Shown: positions 1-14,712, counted from the stretch's first letter. The stretch is DNA of 64,000 bases from Octopus vulgaris (GCA_951406725.2 OX597825.1:18848001-18912000), one strand, 5' to 3'. Notes: generated by a model from the sequence alone, not told the origin. A program made the numbers and translations.

Positions 1-333
1 TTTCTATAATTTATTATGGTTATGAAATTTATCGAATATTTCAGCTTTCATAGTTTCTTGTTGCATTGAAACTTATTGAATTTTCATCATATAATTTTGC
101 TATGACACCAATAGAAAATTCAATTTTTTAGCATGTTTCATAGCTATGAAATATGTCCTTAAATGTTGTCTTTCGCTTATTTTTAATCGTATTTATTTAT
201 CTCTTATTTACCATTGTAACACGAATATTTTTTAAACCGGGAAGGTAGCCTATTGAATTTAAAAAATTAATGGTAAAACTAAAATTTGTTTTATCACCCA
301 AGTGCCTTTCCAAATCCCCAAACCAGCTTCGAT

Positions 334-448
<115 letters not shown>

Positions 449-449
449 A

Positions 450-625
450 TTGTGTCTGGGAAGAGTCATTCTCTTTTAGTGCCTTATAATTTAACACACT
501 CACGGTAAAATTTCCACTTTCTTTTCTTTGTACTTTTAAACTTTTCGTTGCGTCTTGCAACCTTTTCAAAACTATTGAAAATGTAGCAAGATGTAATGGA
601 AAGAATGACTCTCTCTAGACAAAAC
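450..625. mobile_element. Penelope-like terminal fragment in inverted arrangement with a variant hammerhead motif
   Basis: Minus strand ~541-570 reads TTGAAAA-G-GTTGC-aagac-GCAAC-GAAA. 574-625 is a decayed inverted copy of parts of 450-568. Flanked by TA/CA microsatellites. Confidence 0.5.
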
Positions 626-767
626 AGTATAAGCTTCGACACATGAACTCACATAAAGAATGTTACAAACCAAATATAGATATTACCATTATATAAAAAG
701 AGCACTTACTTTTGCACTTCTATAAACCCTTTTGTTTCCATAAAAGAGACAAATATTATTTCTTGTC

Positions 768-903
<136 letters not shown>

Positions 904-1049
904 GTATGTATCTATACATACATATGTGCACGGAATATTTGACTATCCCGAAACACGTCTAAACTATTCATGTCTGAAAAACACTTCATCAATTTTGTTG
1001 ATGAAGTCTACACCAGCACTTTTTTCTGTCTATGAAGCCAGATGCTTAA

Positions 1050-1373
1050 TGTATCGGTCGCTTTTGGCGAACCACCATGTTACAGGAAGGTAAACACACC
1101 AGTAATTATTGTCCAGCTGCGGAGGGGAACAAACACACACATACACATATACACACCCATACATACACACACACACATACATACATACATATATAAATAA
1201 AGGAAGGGAGAGAGTGAGATGTATATGCGACGAGCTTCTCTTACTTTCCATCTACCAAATTCAATCTCAAGGCTTTGGTCAGTCTGAGACCACAGTAAAA
1301 GACACTTGATGAAGGGGCCACGTAGTGGGAATGAACGCGAAACCTTATGACTGAGAAACAAGCTTCTTCCCAC
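1050..1373 (-). mobile_element. SINE family B, diverged
   Basis: Reverse complement of the 21703-22123 family, with internal CA/TA microsatellite. Confidence 0.8.
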
Positions 1374-1687
1374 AAAATTTTCTAAGCCTAAAATTTTCTC
1401 GAAAAGCGTATGTGATTTTCATTAGAATATTTCATATTTAGCGCACTTTTTTCTGAAAAGAACAGCAACTTCGTCTGTAGCACGACTTCGCTCTAATGGA
1501 ACTGTGTTCGCAACACAGAAGAAGCAGAAAGCCTTGAAAGTGTCAGCTGCAAGTGATGGGCAATGGATGGTAATTATGACGATTATAACGATTATGACGA
1601 TGACACAGCTAAACCAACGAGCTGCTAGATTCATACGACTACGGCTACCGTCACATCTAATCCCACATCTAATACAAAGTTTGAACT

Positions 1688-2072
1688 GTGGAGGCGCAAT
1701 GGCCCAGTGGTTAGGGCAGCGGACTCACGGTCATAGGATCGCGGTTTCGATTCCCAGACCGGGCGTTGTGAGTGTTTATTGAGCGAAAACACCTAAAGCT
1801 GCACGCGGCTCCGGCAGGGGATGGTGGTGATCCCTGCTGTACTCTTTCACCACAACTTTCTCTCACTCTTTCTTCCTGTTTCTGTTGTACCTGTATTTCA
1901 AAAGGGCCAGCCTTGTCACTCTCTGTGTCACGCTGAATATCCCCGAGAACTACGTTAAGGGTATACGTGTCTGTGGAGTGCTCAGCCACTTACACGTTAA
2001 TTTCACGAGCAGGCTGTTCCGTTGATTCGGATCAACCGGAACCCTCATCGTCGTAACCGACGGAGTGCTTCC
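1688..2072 (+). mobile_element. Full-length tRNA-derived SINE family C with 14-bp TSD
   Basis: A box TGGCCCAGTGG and B box GTTTCGATTCC; ACAAAGTTTGAACT at 1674-1687 and 2073-2086. Confidence 0.92.
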
Positions 2073-2235
2073 ACAAAGTTTGAACTATTTCTGTTGGCGG
2101 ACACATCTCTTATTTTGTAGTCAGTAAAGACAATTACGCACTTCCTTGACGATAGCAATACCCTTTTCAACATTCAAAACTCAACAGAGTTTCCGTTCTT
2201 TTCATCGATACCAACTCGACTAGATGGTCACACTG

Positions 2236-2502
2236 CTAAGTTACGGGGACGTAAACACACCAGCATCGGTTGTCAAGCAATGCTAGGGGGACAAACACAG
2301 ACACACAAACATACACGCACATACATATAAATATACATATATACGACGGGCTTCTTTCAGTTTCCGTCTACCAAATCCACTCACAAGGCTTTGGTCGGCC
2401 CGAGGCTATAGTAGAAGACACTTGCCCAAGGTGCCACACAGTGGGACTGAACCCGGAACCATGTGGTTGGTAAGCAAGCTACTTACCACACAGCCACTCC
2501 TG
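2236..2502 (-). mobile_element. SINE family B (5' part)
   Basis: Closely matches the reverse complement of 21703-21980. Confidence 0.9.
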
Positions 2503-2779
2503 TAACATATATCAATTCCTTTTTTTTTTAATAAATGTTCTTATGATGGTACTCAAGTCTTAGAAAATGGAATTGCGTGGATCCTACGGAACGTATTTGA
2601 ATACCTACAGACATGAAGATAATAGTTTCGATGTATTTTTCATTGACAGAAACGTAGAAGACAGACTGTGAGTAATTGACATACCATTGGCGTTTGACTA
2701 TAAGTTTACGCAAAACTTAGAACGAAAGAAGACGTTGATTTTTATTTTAATAGCTTATGACATTTAAGATTTTTGTTCG

Positions 2780-3195
<416 letters not shown>

Positions 3196-3687
3196 GGTTC
3201 TTCTACGCATTTGCATTTGTAAGCATGTGGATTGTTGCAGAATAATTTGTGTACCGTCATAGACAGAACACATGACAGTTACAGAATACAGTGATATAGG
3301 GACCCGATTAAGAACCATTTTAATCACGAATAACATTGCCCCCACCCATCTCCAATCAATACATAAAATGGGTTAATATCTTAGAAGGAATACCAAAATC
3401 CTAACGGCATTTCTTTATCGGCTCTACGGCATTAAACTGAAGGCGGTCTTTTTATCGTCGCCGTTGTTGTTGTATACATCAGAATATAAACAAACCTAAG
3501 AACACAGAGTGTCAGTCAATTCACACGCGGATGAATATCTACCACTTAGATTTTTTTCAGAGGAACGACAACCACGACCATATTTTACTAAATGTATTAC
3601 CATCGGACACTTCTAAAAATAGTCTTAATCTGTCCCGTCCCTTGTTGGTGCTACGCTGTATCCGGGCCACCTATTTTGTATGATTTA

Positions 3688-4087
3688 CTAGCAGTATCGC
3701 CCGGGAGTTGCTCGGATTTGTAAGGGAAATAACTATATAAGCATTTTTAGAGAGTTATAGCCAAAAAATAGCAAAAAAATGCATTATAAATGGAAAAAAA
3801 ATGATGGTAATTTTTTTTTTAAATCGTTGACTCATCGTAGACATTTTTAGAGAGTTACTTCCCTTATATAATAGCGAAAAAATGCATTAACATGGAAAAA
3901 AAATGACGGTAATTTCTTTTTTTTAATCGTAGACTCATCGTAGACGCGCGCTAAAACCTAGAAGGGCTCGATATGAATCACGACTATAAGATACCCGGTT
4001 TTGGTTAAACTGCACCGCAAAATGTGGGAGTAGTTAGGAATCTAAATCGTAGAGACAGACACACAACCTTACTTTTATATATAAAGA
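3688..4087 (-). mobile_element. Non-autonomous Helitron-like element, copy 1
   Basis: Minus strand starts TC and ends with a GC-rich imperfect hairpin + CTAG, inserted between A and T. Two internal ~95-bp subrepeats. Second copy at 45666-46051. Confidence 0.8.
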
Positions 4088-4685
4088 TAAGTATTTCTTG
4101 ATGGAATTCTGGTTTCATCTACACCATTAGCTCATTATTTGTTCCCGTTTTATTGTCATGCAGTGATCGTATAACAAACCCTCATTCAATTCGCTCAAAG
4201 AGATATGCAGCTCTTTGGGATATTACCAAATCGTGAATTTCACGATTCCACAAGGGGAATCTGGATTTTACTGCTAAGAAATTGCTCATACACAACGTAA
4301 ACATATCTTCTTTGTTTTTTTAGTATTTCACTGTTTGTGTCCTTTCACGTTAAACAACGCAAAACCTTGTGCGCTTATTTTATCTTCATTTTCTCTTAAT
4401 TACCACAAGATAATGGCGTGATTCTACGAAAATTTCCTGACAGTTATTGGCCTTCTGCTGCTGGAAATTAGGACACAAACAGAAGTACACTGAAAATTGC
4501 TGCTGCCGAAAGCTACCTGTTACTGATATTTCTGCTGCTTTTCACTGCTTTCTTTCTCCCAGTCCCCCCTCTCTCTCTATGCTCTCCACCTTTTATAGGT
4601 CCACACAGAGAGAACTCACGCATAGGGTTCTCGCACTTATAGCAAACAACGTATTTCATCTGTACCGCTAGTCCCATTGTTATTC

Positions 4686-4918
4686 CTATTTCTTTACTAC
4701 CCGCAAGGGGCTGAACACAGAGAGGACAAACAAGGACAGACAAACGGATTGAGTCTATTATATCGACCCCAGTGCGTAACTGGTACTTATTTAATCGACC
4801 CCGAAAGGATGAAAGGCAAAGTCGACCTCGGCGGAATTGGAACTCGCAACTTAACGACAGACGAAATACGGCTACGCAGGTCGCCCGGCGTGTTAACGTT
4901 TCTGCCAGCTCGCCGCCT
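4686..4918 (-). mobile_element. SINE family A, full length, young tail
   Basis: Head GGCGGCGAGCTGGCAGAA, central GTCGACTTTGCCTTTCATCCTTTCGGGGTCGAT domain, tail ...GTAAAGAAATA. Confidence 0.92.
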
Positions 4919-4974
4919 GCTCTATATATGTGCACGCACGCACGTCTGTTCTGTTATTCTGTTATTCTGCTAAC

Positions 4975-5191
4975 CGGTTCAGTCATTTGACTGCAGCCAT
5001 ACTGGGGCACCGTTTTAAAGGGTTCTTAGTCGAAAACATCGCCAACAGGACTTATTCTGTAGGTGTCTTTCGTCGAGCCGTTAAGCTACGATCACGTAAA
5101 CACAACATCGGTTGTCAAACGATGTTGAGGGATCAAACATAGACACAAAGAAACACGCTCAAACAAATGTACGCATACATACATACATACA

Positions 5192-5280
<89 letters not shown>

Positions 5281-5930
5281 GCATGTATGTATGTATGTAT
5301 GTATGTATGTATGTATGTATGTATGTATGTATGTATGTATGTACTGTTCAGTGATTAGAAAATTCAGCGAAAAACGTACTCCATCTGATGAGAGATAAAT
5401 AATAATTGGTGCAGGAGTGATACTGTGCTTCCCAACCACATGGTTCCGCGTTCAGTCCCACTACATGGCACCTTAGGCAATTGTCTTCTAATATAGCCTA
5501 CGGCCGACCAAAGCCTTCTGAGTGGATTTGGTAGATGGAAACTGAAAGAAACCCGTCGTATATATAAATATATATATATATAACATAGATTAACAACTAG
5601 GCTTACAAAGAAGTCCTGGTGTCGATTTGTTGTAAACGATTGAAAGAATATATATATATATGTATAAGTATGTATGTGTGTGTGCGTGTATATATATATA
5701 CTCACACATATATATATATATATATACATTGATAGATAGATAAATAAATAGAGAGAGAGAGAGAGAGAGACGATGGGCGTCCTATAGTTTCCGTCTGCCA
5801 AAATACACTCACAAGTATTTAGTCAGCCCGATGTTATAGCAGAAGACACTTACTTGCCCAAGGTGCTACGCAGTGGGACTGAAACCAGACCCATGTCTTT
5901 CGGAAAAAAATTTGTTACCACAAAATCACG
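4975..5930. mobile_element. Cluster of SINE family B pieces in both orientations with (TACA)n/(TA)n/(TATG)n tracts
   Basis: 4975-5140 (-), 5410-5640 (+) and 5770-5930 (-) match family B. Confidence 0.8.
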
Positions 5931-5934
5931 CGTA

Positions 5935-6334
<400 letters not shown>

Positions 6335-7009
6335 TAGGCAGAAAGATAAATAGATGTGAATGTGTGTGTTTGTGTGTGTGTGTGTGTAGTATGCGGGCGC
6401 ACGCTCGTATGTCTGTAATTGCACATACTTTGTGTGCACTTTTTTGAAGGGCATATTTAAGCTAGAGTGACAAAGTGACTGAGTGCCAAGGAGACAAGTG
6501 GAATCAATGCTCGTTCTCCAAGAACAACAAATGCAATTTTCTCAAATAACTGTCGGGAGAAAAATCGAGGTCAGCAAATGGACTGCGTGACATAGCTATA
6601 AGAAGGTCAGAAAGGATGTAACACGTATATTGCCGAAGAAAAATGCTTAACCTTTAACGGATAACTACTATAATTAAGGATAGTAAGGAAAAGGTCATGA
6701 CTTTGTTACTTTATAAATAAAATGAATCTTGGTGTGGATCGTTAATAAGTAGTTATTATGAATGTTCAATTTCCTCGCCATTATTGTTATATATTTTAAT
6801 GAGGTCTTCATAGTCAATCTCTCTCCCTCTCTCGGTCTTTTATTGTGCCGCAATAGCTGAATATAAAACGAGGAGAGAAACGAAGAGTGGTTCAGAGTAG
6901 TAGTTTGGTTAAGTGTTTTATTAAAGAACGTTTAAATCATAACTGTAAAGTGATCAACACACATTCATAAACGTGGATACATTTGCATATAAATATTTAG
7001 ACACACAAA

Positions 7010-8160
7010 CAAACTTACATACACACACTCACACACACAGACAGTCACACATATACACACACACGCACACACACACATGCACACACACACATGCACACAC
7101 TCACATCTATTCACGCACACGCACAAACATACACGTATTCACACACACAAATGCACAGACGCACGCGCGCGCACACACAAACTCAGAAACTCACTCATAT
7201 ACTTAGAAACACACACACGAACACATACACGCGAACACAGGCCCATTCACACACATACACACACACACACACACACACAAATACACACAAACGCGTACAC
7301 ACTGACACACTCACACACACACACCCAGTCACACACAAAAGCACACGTACACGTACATACACACACTCACATACATTCACACACACACGCACAAACATAA
7401 ACACGCATACATATTCACACACACAAAGGAGCGCACACACACACTCAGAAACACATAATTAGAAACACACATGCAAACACATACACGCGAACACAAATCC
7501 ATTCACACAGGCACACTCACATATATGCACACAAACACGCACAAACACGCACACACATGCACGCTCACACACACGCTCCTACACACACATACCAGGTCAC
7601 ACACATAAACACACACACACAAAAAACACGTGCACATCCACACATATTTCTTTTATTGTTTCTTTTACTTGTTTCAGTCATTGAACTGCGGCCATGCTAG
7701 GGCATCGCCCTGAAGTACTTCTTTGAACTCAACCCATTGATGTTTTTATACATACATGCGTACATACATACATATATACATACATTCACACACGTATATA
7801 TACATACACTCACTCACATCTATATATACATTCACACACGTATATACATACATATATATGCATATATCCATACAGTCATTCATACATACACTCATACATA
7901 TATACATACATTCACACACGTATGTATACATACACTCACACACATCTATATATACATTCACACACGTATATATATACATATATGCATATATCCATACAGT
8001 CATTCATACATACACTCATACATATATACATACATTCACACACGTATATATACATACACTCACACACATCTATATATACATTCACACACGTATATATATA
8101 CATATATGCATATATCCATACAGTCATTCATACATACACTCGTACATATATACATACACG
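7010..8160. repeat. CA-rich degenerate repeat followed by a ~118-bp minisatellite (about 3 units, 7770-8160)
   Basis: Marker ATATCCATACAGTCATTCATACATACACTC recurs at ~7864, ~7988 and ~8112. Confidence 0.85.
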
Positions 8161-9005
8161 ATGCGCTCATTAATACCTCCACACATATAAACACAAGCAC
8201 ATATACATAGATAGAAACATGCATTTATTTAGACATACATAAACATGCTTATATACACATATACACACAGGCATACATACGTACATACATACATACATAC
8301 ATACATACATACATACAATAAATGAATTGATATGATGGTACAATGATAACCAACGCTTGTAGCTCTAGTTCATGAAGAGGAAAATGTGTGTGTATATATG
8401 TTTCTGTGTGCGTGTGTACTTTTTGTGATGTGTGTGTGTCCCCAATATGTTTGTGGATAATGATTGTGTATGTATGCATGTGTGTGTATGTGTGTGTATG
8501 TGTAGTACGTTTGGTAATTTATTTCGTTACATTAATTTATCTTAACGAAAAAGAAACAAACAATACAAGTTTTGTTTTATTATTTTCACTTATTTCACTA
8601 TTTCTCGGCGAAAGGAATAATTTCACACCCCAGTCGTGAACTTCAATGGGTGAATGTATTTTCAAGAAAATATTGAGAGAATCTTGTTTGGTTTTCATTA
8701 TACGAAGAAACCAGATATAACAGACAGATACACATCTTTGAGACAGTGAAATACTACGAATACACACATACATACAGACAAACATGCACACGCCCATACA
8801 TGCATGTATATACATACATACATGTTTCTTTTTATTTCAGCGTCTATATGAAAGCAAGTAAGCATTAAACTGAAGAATTTCGCCCTACCTTTGCAGTAGA
8901 ATACATGCTTAGCAACACTATAAAAGTGCTGTGACTTCCAAATTTCGCGTGCTAGCCTTTGGCGAATTGACTAGCATTCCTTCCTTCTAAAAATAATGTT
9001 TGCGC

Positions 9006-9080
<75 letters not shown>

Positions 9081-9102
9081 ATGTTACGTTACTTGGTAGT
9101 CA

Positions 9103-9165
9103 AGATAAAACTCTGAGTTTCAGATGCCGAAGTGGAAATCCACAACACCATCTCTTCGGTTATCT
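9103..9165 (-). ncRNA. Type I hammerhead ribozyme motif, variant core CCGAAGA
   Basis: AGAUAA-CCGAAGA-GAUG..GUGGA/UCCAC..CAUC-U-GAAA-CUC-A-GA-GUU-UUAUCU. Stems I, II and III all pair. Confidence 0.6.
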
Positions 9166-9540
9166 GGCTATTTGAAAACGTTATGAAAAAATACCGTTAA
9201 AAATGAAGGGAAATTACTCTGTTATAACTCTGCTTTGCCTGCGTACTTATACATCGCTCGCATTTTTCGTCATAAAAATTATATAAAAATACATAAAAAT
9301 ATATAAAAATATATAAAAATATATAAAATCTTCTTGGGACATAACACAGAAAGCATGTTCTATCCGTTTTCTTTAGGGGACCAAAAACGTAACAGAAATT
9401 TAGTCACATGTGGGCATGATCCGAAAAGCTCTGTCCTTGTATTTAGACATGTGGTATAAGTACGCAGGCAAAGCAGAGTTATAACAGAGTAATTTCCCTT
9501 CATTTTTAACGGTATTTTTTCATAACGTTTTCAAATAGCC

Positions 9541-9603
9541 AGATAACCGAAGAGATGGTGTTGTGGATTTCCACTTCGGCATCTGAAACTCAGAATTTTA
9601 TCT
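9541..9603 (+). ncRNA. Type I hammerhead ribozyme motif, inverted copy with a stem III mutation
   Basis: Same fold as 9103-9165, with GAGUU changed to GAAUU. Confidence 0.5.
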
Positions 9604-9699
9604 TGACTACCGAGTAATGTAACATATTGTATAGATAAATTTCCTCTATTTACATAATATTGAGGTCTCTTTCTTTCTTTTGTTATCTTACCGTTTTAT

Positions 9700-9764
<65 letters not shown>

Positions 9765-9970
9765 GTAAAAAATAAATACAGACATGGACAAGAACATGAA
9801 ACACCAAAGAGACGACACAAGAACCACAGGACGGGACATTCGAAGCCCTCAGTCATCAGTCAAGAACCAGATCATCTTCGCAATTTCGGCTGATTAATCT
9901 TGAAATATATATATATATATTCATACACACACACACACACATATACATACATATATATATATATATATAT

Positions 9971-10066
9971 GGAGGCGCAATAGCCCAGTGGTTAGAGCAG
10001 CGGAATCGCGGTTGTAGGATCGCGGTTTCGATCCCTAGACTGGGCGTTGGGTGTGCGAAAACACCT
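9971..10066 (+). mobile_element. SINE family C head fragment
   Basis: Matches 1690-1795. Confidence 0.85.
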
Positions 10067-10902
10067 GACCAAATGAATAATCTAGAAAAATAATTTGTGG
10101 GTTAAACTTTCTTTAGGGGCATCAGGATGTATAAATAAGTGGATTCGCCAATGTATAAATAAGTGGATTCGCCAATTGGTCTAGAACAAGAATATTACTT
10201 AATTCTTCGTAAATAGAACTAATTAATATTAATCCAATAACATGCCCATCAAGTTGTTACATTTGTATACTTACTGATATATTTTAAAGACTAACCACCT
10301 GTTGTCCATAATGGGAATGACCAAAGTCCAGCGATCAATGTAATTGGTCAGTTAAATTGAAAACCAAGGACAAGCTTATAGGGGTAAATGTGAATAAAGA
10401 ATTAAAATAAAAGTGTGGAGAAGTAGGGTATGTCACAAGTGACCCAAGGCAGCATATAAACCAACCTAACATGAAACAAACACCGTACAACAGTAATTAA
10501 CTACAGTTAAGGGGGGCTACAGTTATGGGGAGGTAGTTGCTAGAGCATTACCTTTAAATTATAAAACTAAATCTATCATCTTAAAGAGCCACCATATTCC
10601 CAAGAGGTGGTTATACTAAACTAACAGTAATTGTCTAAACATTCATGAATATATACTGCCTAGTAGACCTATGAGGAGGCATGAGCATCAACCCCAAATT
10701 AATTAAACGATTACAAGTTATATAATTTGTTAATTAGTAATATGGTTACAAATACAGGGCCCTACTAGATTTAATAACTCCTATTTTATATATATTATTA
10801 ATATTATATTACTAAACTTGTTATATCAATCTTTGCTTGGGTGCAACCACATAGGGCCTACTACAAAATTTCACTTCCATTCATGCATATATATATATAT
10901 GT

Positions 10903-10936
<34 letters not shown>

Positions 10937-11104
10937 TGTATATAAGAAAAAGGGACAGGCAAACAGGTTGCTTGACCGCATACCGAAAAAATAGAAATAG
11001 AAATATATATAAATAGAGTGAGAGAGAGAAATAGATAGAGAGATAGGGAGAAAATAGATAAACAGATATAGAGAAAATACGCCTGGATGTGTGTATCATT
11101 CCAT

Positions 11105-11850
<746 letters not shown>

Positions 11851-12401
11851 ATATATGTATGGATGGATTTATGCACGAGTATATATGTGTGGGTGTGATT
11901 CTGCGTATGCCGTTGCCCGGGACGTTAGCACTGTCTACATATGTTTATCTTAATTAAACGCGTAGAAAAATATTTTGAAATTAAACGAAATCTGTGCGGT
12001 GCGTTGGTGGTCATACAACAAAGTAGCGAAATAACAGGAAATTGATATCTGTTTGAAACAAAGTGAAGATTGATATCACTAGGTGTAAATTGTGATGAAT
12101 ATCTGTCTTCGTTGTTTTTCTTTTTTTTTTCTAATAGTTATTAGTACATTACACACACTGAATGATACAACGTATTATGTTCTTACACCATATAATATCG
12201 GGCACACAGACAGTCATACACACACACACACACATACACACACAAACATACACTCATACAAATATATGTATGCGTGTATCTATATATTTATAGACGCAGG
12301 CATGGAGGTGCAGTGAAGAAGCTCGATTAACAACCCCGTAATACCACTGCCCAATTCCTGAAATAATGTTTTTGGGGAAATTTGGTAGACAAAAATTGTA
12401 A

Positions 12402-12596
12402 TTCCGTCACCGCGTGTGTACCGTTGGCGATTTTTTTTTTCTCCGTCTTCCCATCTTTGGATCTTTTCTTTTCCTATGTTCCTGACGAAGAGTTCCGCTT
12501 GAAATGTTAAATCCTTCTTTCCTTCTTTCCTGAGCGTCCAATAATACTACACGCGTTATGTTTTCTCTTTGTGTTTTAATGTTTGGATTAACTTAA
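12402..12596 (+). mobile_element. Short Penelope-like repeat carrying a minimal hammerhead (12478-12512)
   Basis: GTTC-CTGACGA-A-GAGT-TCC-GCTT-GAAA-TGTT-AAAT. Second copy at 25091-25204 reads GAGC-TCC-GCTC-GAAACGTT-AAAC. Confidence 0.65.
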
Positions 12597-12636
12597 CATG
12601 CATATACATAAATACATATATATAAATACATATATG

Positions 12637-12705
<69 letters not shown>

Positions 12706-12771
12706 TTTATATATATATATACATGTATGTCATATTTCCGTTTGTTGTGTTTTCATTTAGTCCTGAAAAAT

Positions 12772-12811
<40 letters not shown>

Positions 12812-13271
12812 TCACACATATGTGTGTGTGCGTGTGTGTGTGTGTGTGTGTGTGCACACAGAGAGAGACAGAGAGAGTGAGAGAAAGAAACAGACACTTG
12901 CATACATACATGTATAGATACAAGTACACGTGTGTGAATACGTGCACATACGCATATGTTCGTGGGTAGTTTGCTTGTGTCTGAAAAATTTAGCTGCGAT
13001 ATATTTCAGGTAAACACGAGTCACGGGATAATTACTGACATATCCCTAACCTCTAGAACCTGGTTTTGATAGGTTTGCCGAAGCCACCTTTTAGAAAATG
13101 AAATTGAAGACGTCATTGGAAATCACAAGAGGCGGAAATAAGCTTCATTCTATCTTGAAAGAAAGCAAGAAAAAGTGGCTTGTAATTTATTGTATGATAC
13201 CCAGGCCGAACAGTCGAAGCGAAGTGCGACAACTGTTGTTGCAAAGAATGTAAAATTAACGGCAAAAGAAA

Positions 13272-13505
13272 AATCGTTTCAAATTTTGCCACAAAGCCAG
13301 CAGATTTGGCGTGGTGGGGGCGCCATAATAATAATAACAATAATAATAATAATACGGGCACAAAAGGCTGACATTCTTCGCGAGCCATTTTGTTCGGCCT
13401 GCTTAGAACGATTCTGCTAGTTTGCCGTCTCATAAAATAATCCTTTATACTGAGAAGTGTAAATTCGTTCCGTTTTTAGATTCTATAATAATACATCTTC
13501 TTTTG
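13272..13505 (+). repeat. ~233-bp direct repeat, copy 1 (contains a deleted old SINE A on the minus strand)
   Basis: Nearly identical to 14481-14712. Confidence 0.95.
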
Positions 13506-14480
13506 GTAAGGGAAAGGGAATAGAAATTTCAGAAAGGTAAATATATGGTCCATAGCAAACAAGCTCTTGTTGACCAGAAGCATACATATCAGCGTCTATG
13601 AATCTCAGGACAAAATACAGAGAACGAAAGCTTTATCTTAGCTGCTCAGAATCAAAGCTTATAGACTCGGAACTTCCTAGTCAATGTAATGATATATCCA
13701 AACTGCTGATTTTGCAATGATGATTTGAAACAGTGGACCACTTAATCATTGGATGTAAATTTTTAGCCTCAGTAGAGAACAAATCAAAGGATGACTTAGT
13801 TGGCCAATATTTACACTGCTTTATATGTCGGTATTATGAAATCAAGACTCTTAACAAGTGGTAAAATCACCACCCTGAGACTTTAACTCAGAGGAAAATG
13901 CAACGATTATTTGAGAGTTTCCACTACATTCAGAGAGAACCATCAAATTTAATAAACCGGATATTGTTGGAAAAGACAAACATAATGAAGTCAGTTTATT
14001 GATCGACATGAGTATTCCTTGTGATTATAATATCTCGGCAAAAGAATTTGACAAGCTCAGAAAATATAGATTTACTCACTGAAATCGAAAAATATGTGTC
14101 ATCTGAAGATGCTTACAATATTTGGAAGAAGTGCAAAAGAATGTTTTAACTGGAACGTCGCACGTATAATAAGAGATTGTCGTTAATTGCTCTTTTCATT
14201 TTCGTCCCTATTTCCTTGTTAATTGCTATTTTCTTTTCTGTTTTTATCTTTTTTCTTTCTATTTTCTCTCTTTTCCTATTCCTTTTCTTTTTTTCTGTTG
14301 CTTAACTTGACGTACGTTGCAAATGAACAATCTGGTGTGTTTATTTTAATGGCCTACCAATGAATACAATGAGTTTCTTTCCGGAGATGTCAGGAAGACA
14401 CTCAGCAAGAAATGGAAACAAAATTGAAAGAGGAAAAATGCAACAACAAAAATAATAACAATGATAATGATAGTAATAAT
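13506..14480 (+). mobile_element. Decayed R4/Dong-clade non-LTR retrotransposon 3' fragment
   Basis: Remnant LAAQNQSL, zinc-knuckle region (TVDHLIIGC), KPDIV..LLIDMSIP restriction-like endonuclease motif, AAT-rich tail. Confidence 0.8.
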
Positions 14481-14712
14481 AATCGCTTCAAATTTTGCCA
14501 CAAAGCCAGCAGATTTGGCGTGGTGGGGGGCGCCATAATAATAATAACAATAATAATAATACGGGCACAAAAGGCTGGCATTCTTCGCGAGCCATTTTGT
14601 TCGGCCTGCTGAGAACGATTCTGCCAGTTTGCCGTCTCATAAAATAATCCTTTATACTGAGAAGTGTAAATTCGTTCCGTTTTTAGATTCTATAATAATA
14701 CATCTTCTTTTG
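14481..14712 (+). repeat. ~233-bp direct repeat, copy 2
   Basis: Nearly identical to 13272-13505. Confidence 0.95.

Larger units (their letters stand above)
9073..9700. mobile_element. Penelope-like element end with 180-bp inverted arms, in (TA)n
   Basis: Arms 9073-9252 and 9454-9633 are near-perfect reverse complements; TA microsatellite on both sides; each arm carries a hammerhead fold. Confidence 0.75.

Noticed and set aside
1690-1765. tRNA gene
   Set aside because: A and B boxes run into a SINE body with a TSD; this is a tRNA-derived head. The same applies to families A and B.
4772-4990. Recurrent MRNWYLFNRPRKDERQSRPRR peptide ORFs
   Set aside because: Antisense translation of SINE A; it recurs only because the SINE does.
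10127-10174. 24-bp tandem duplication
   Set aside because: Ordinary slippage duplication with no further structure.
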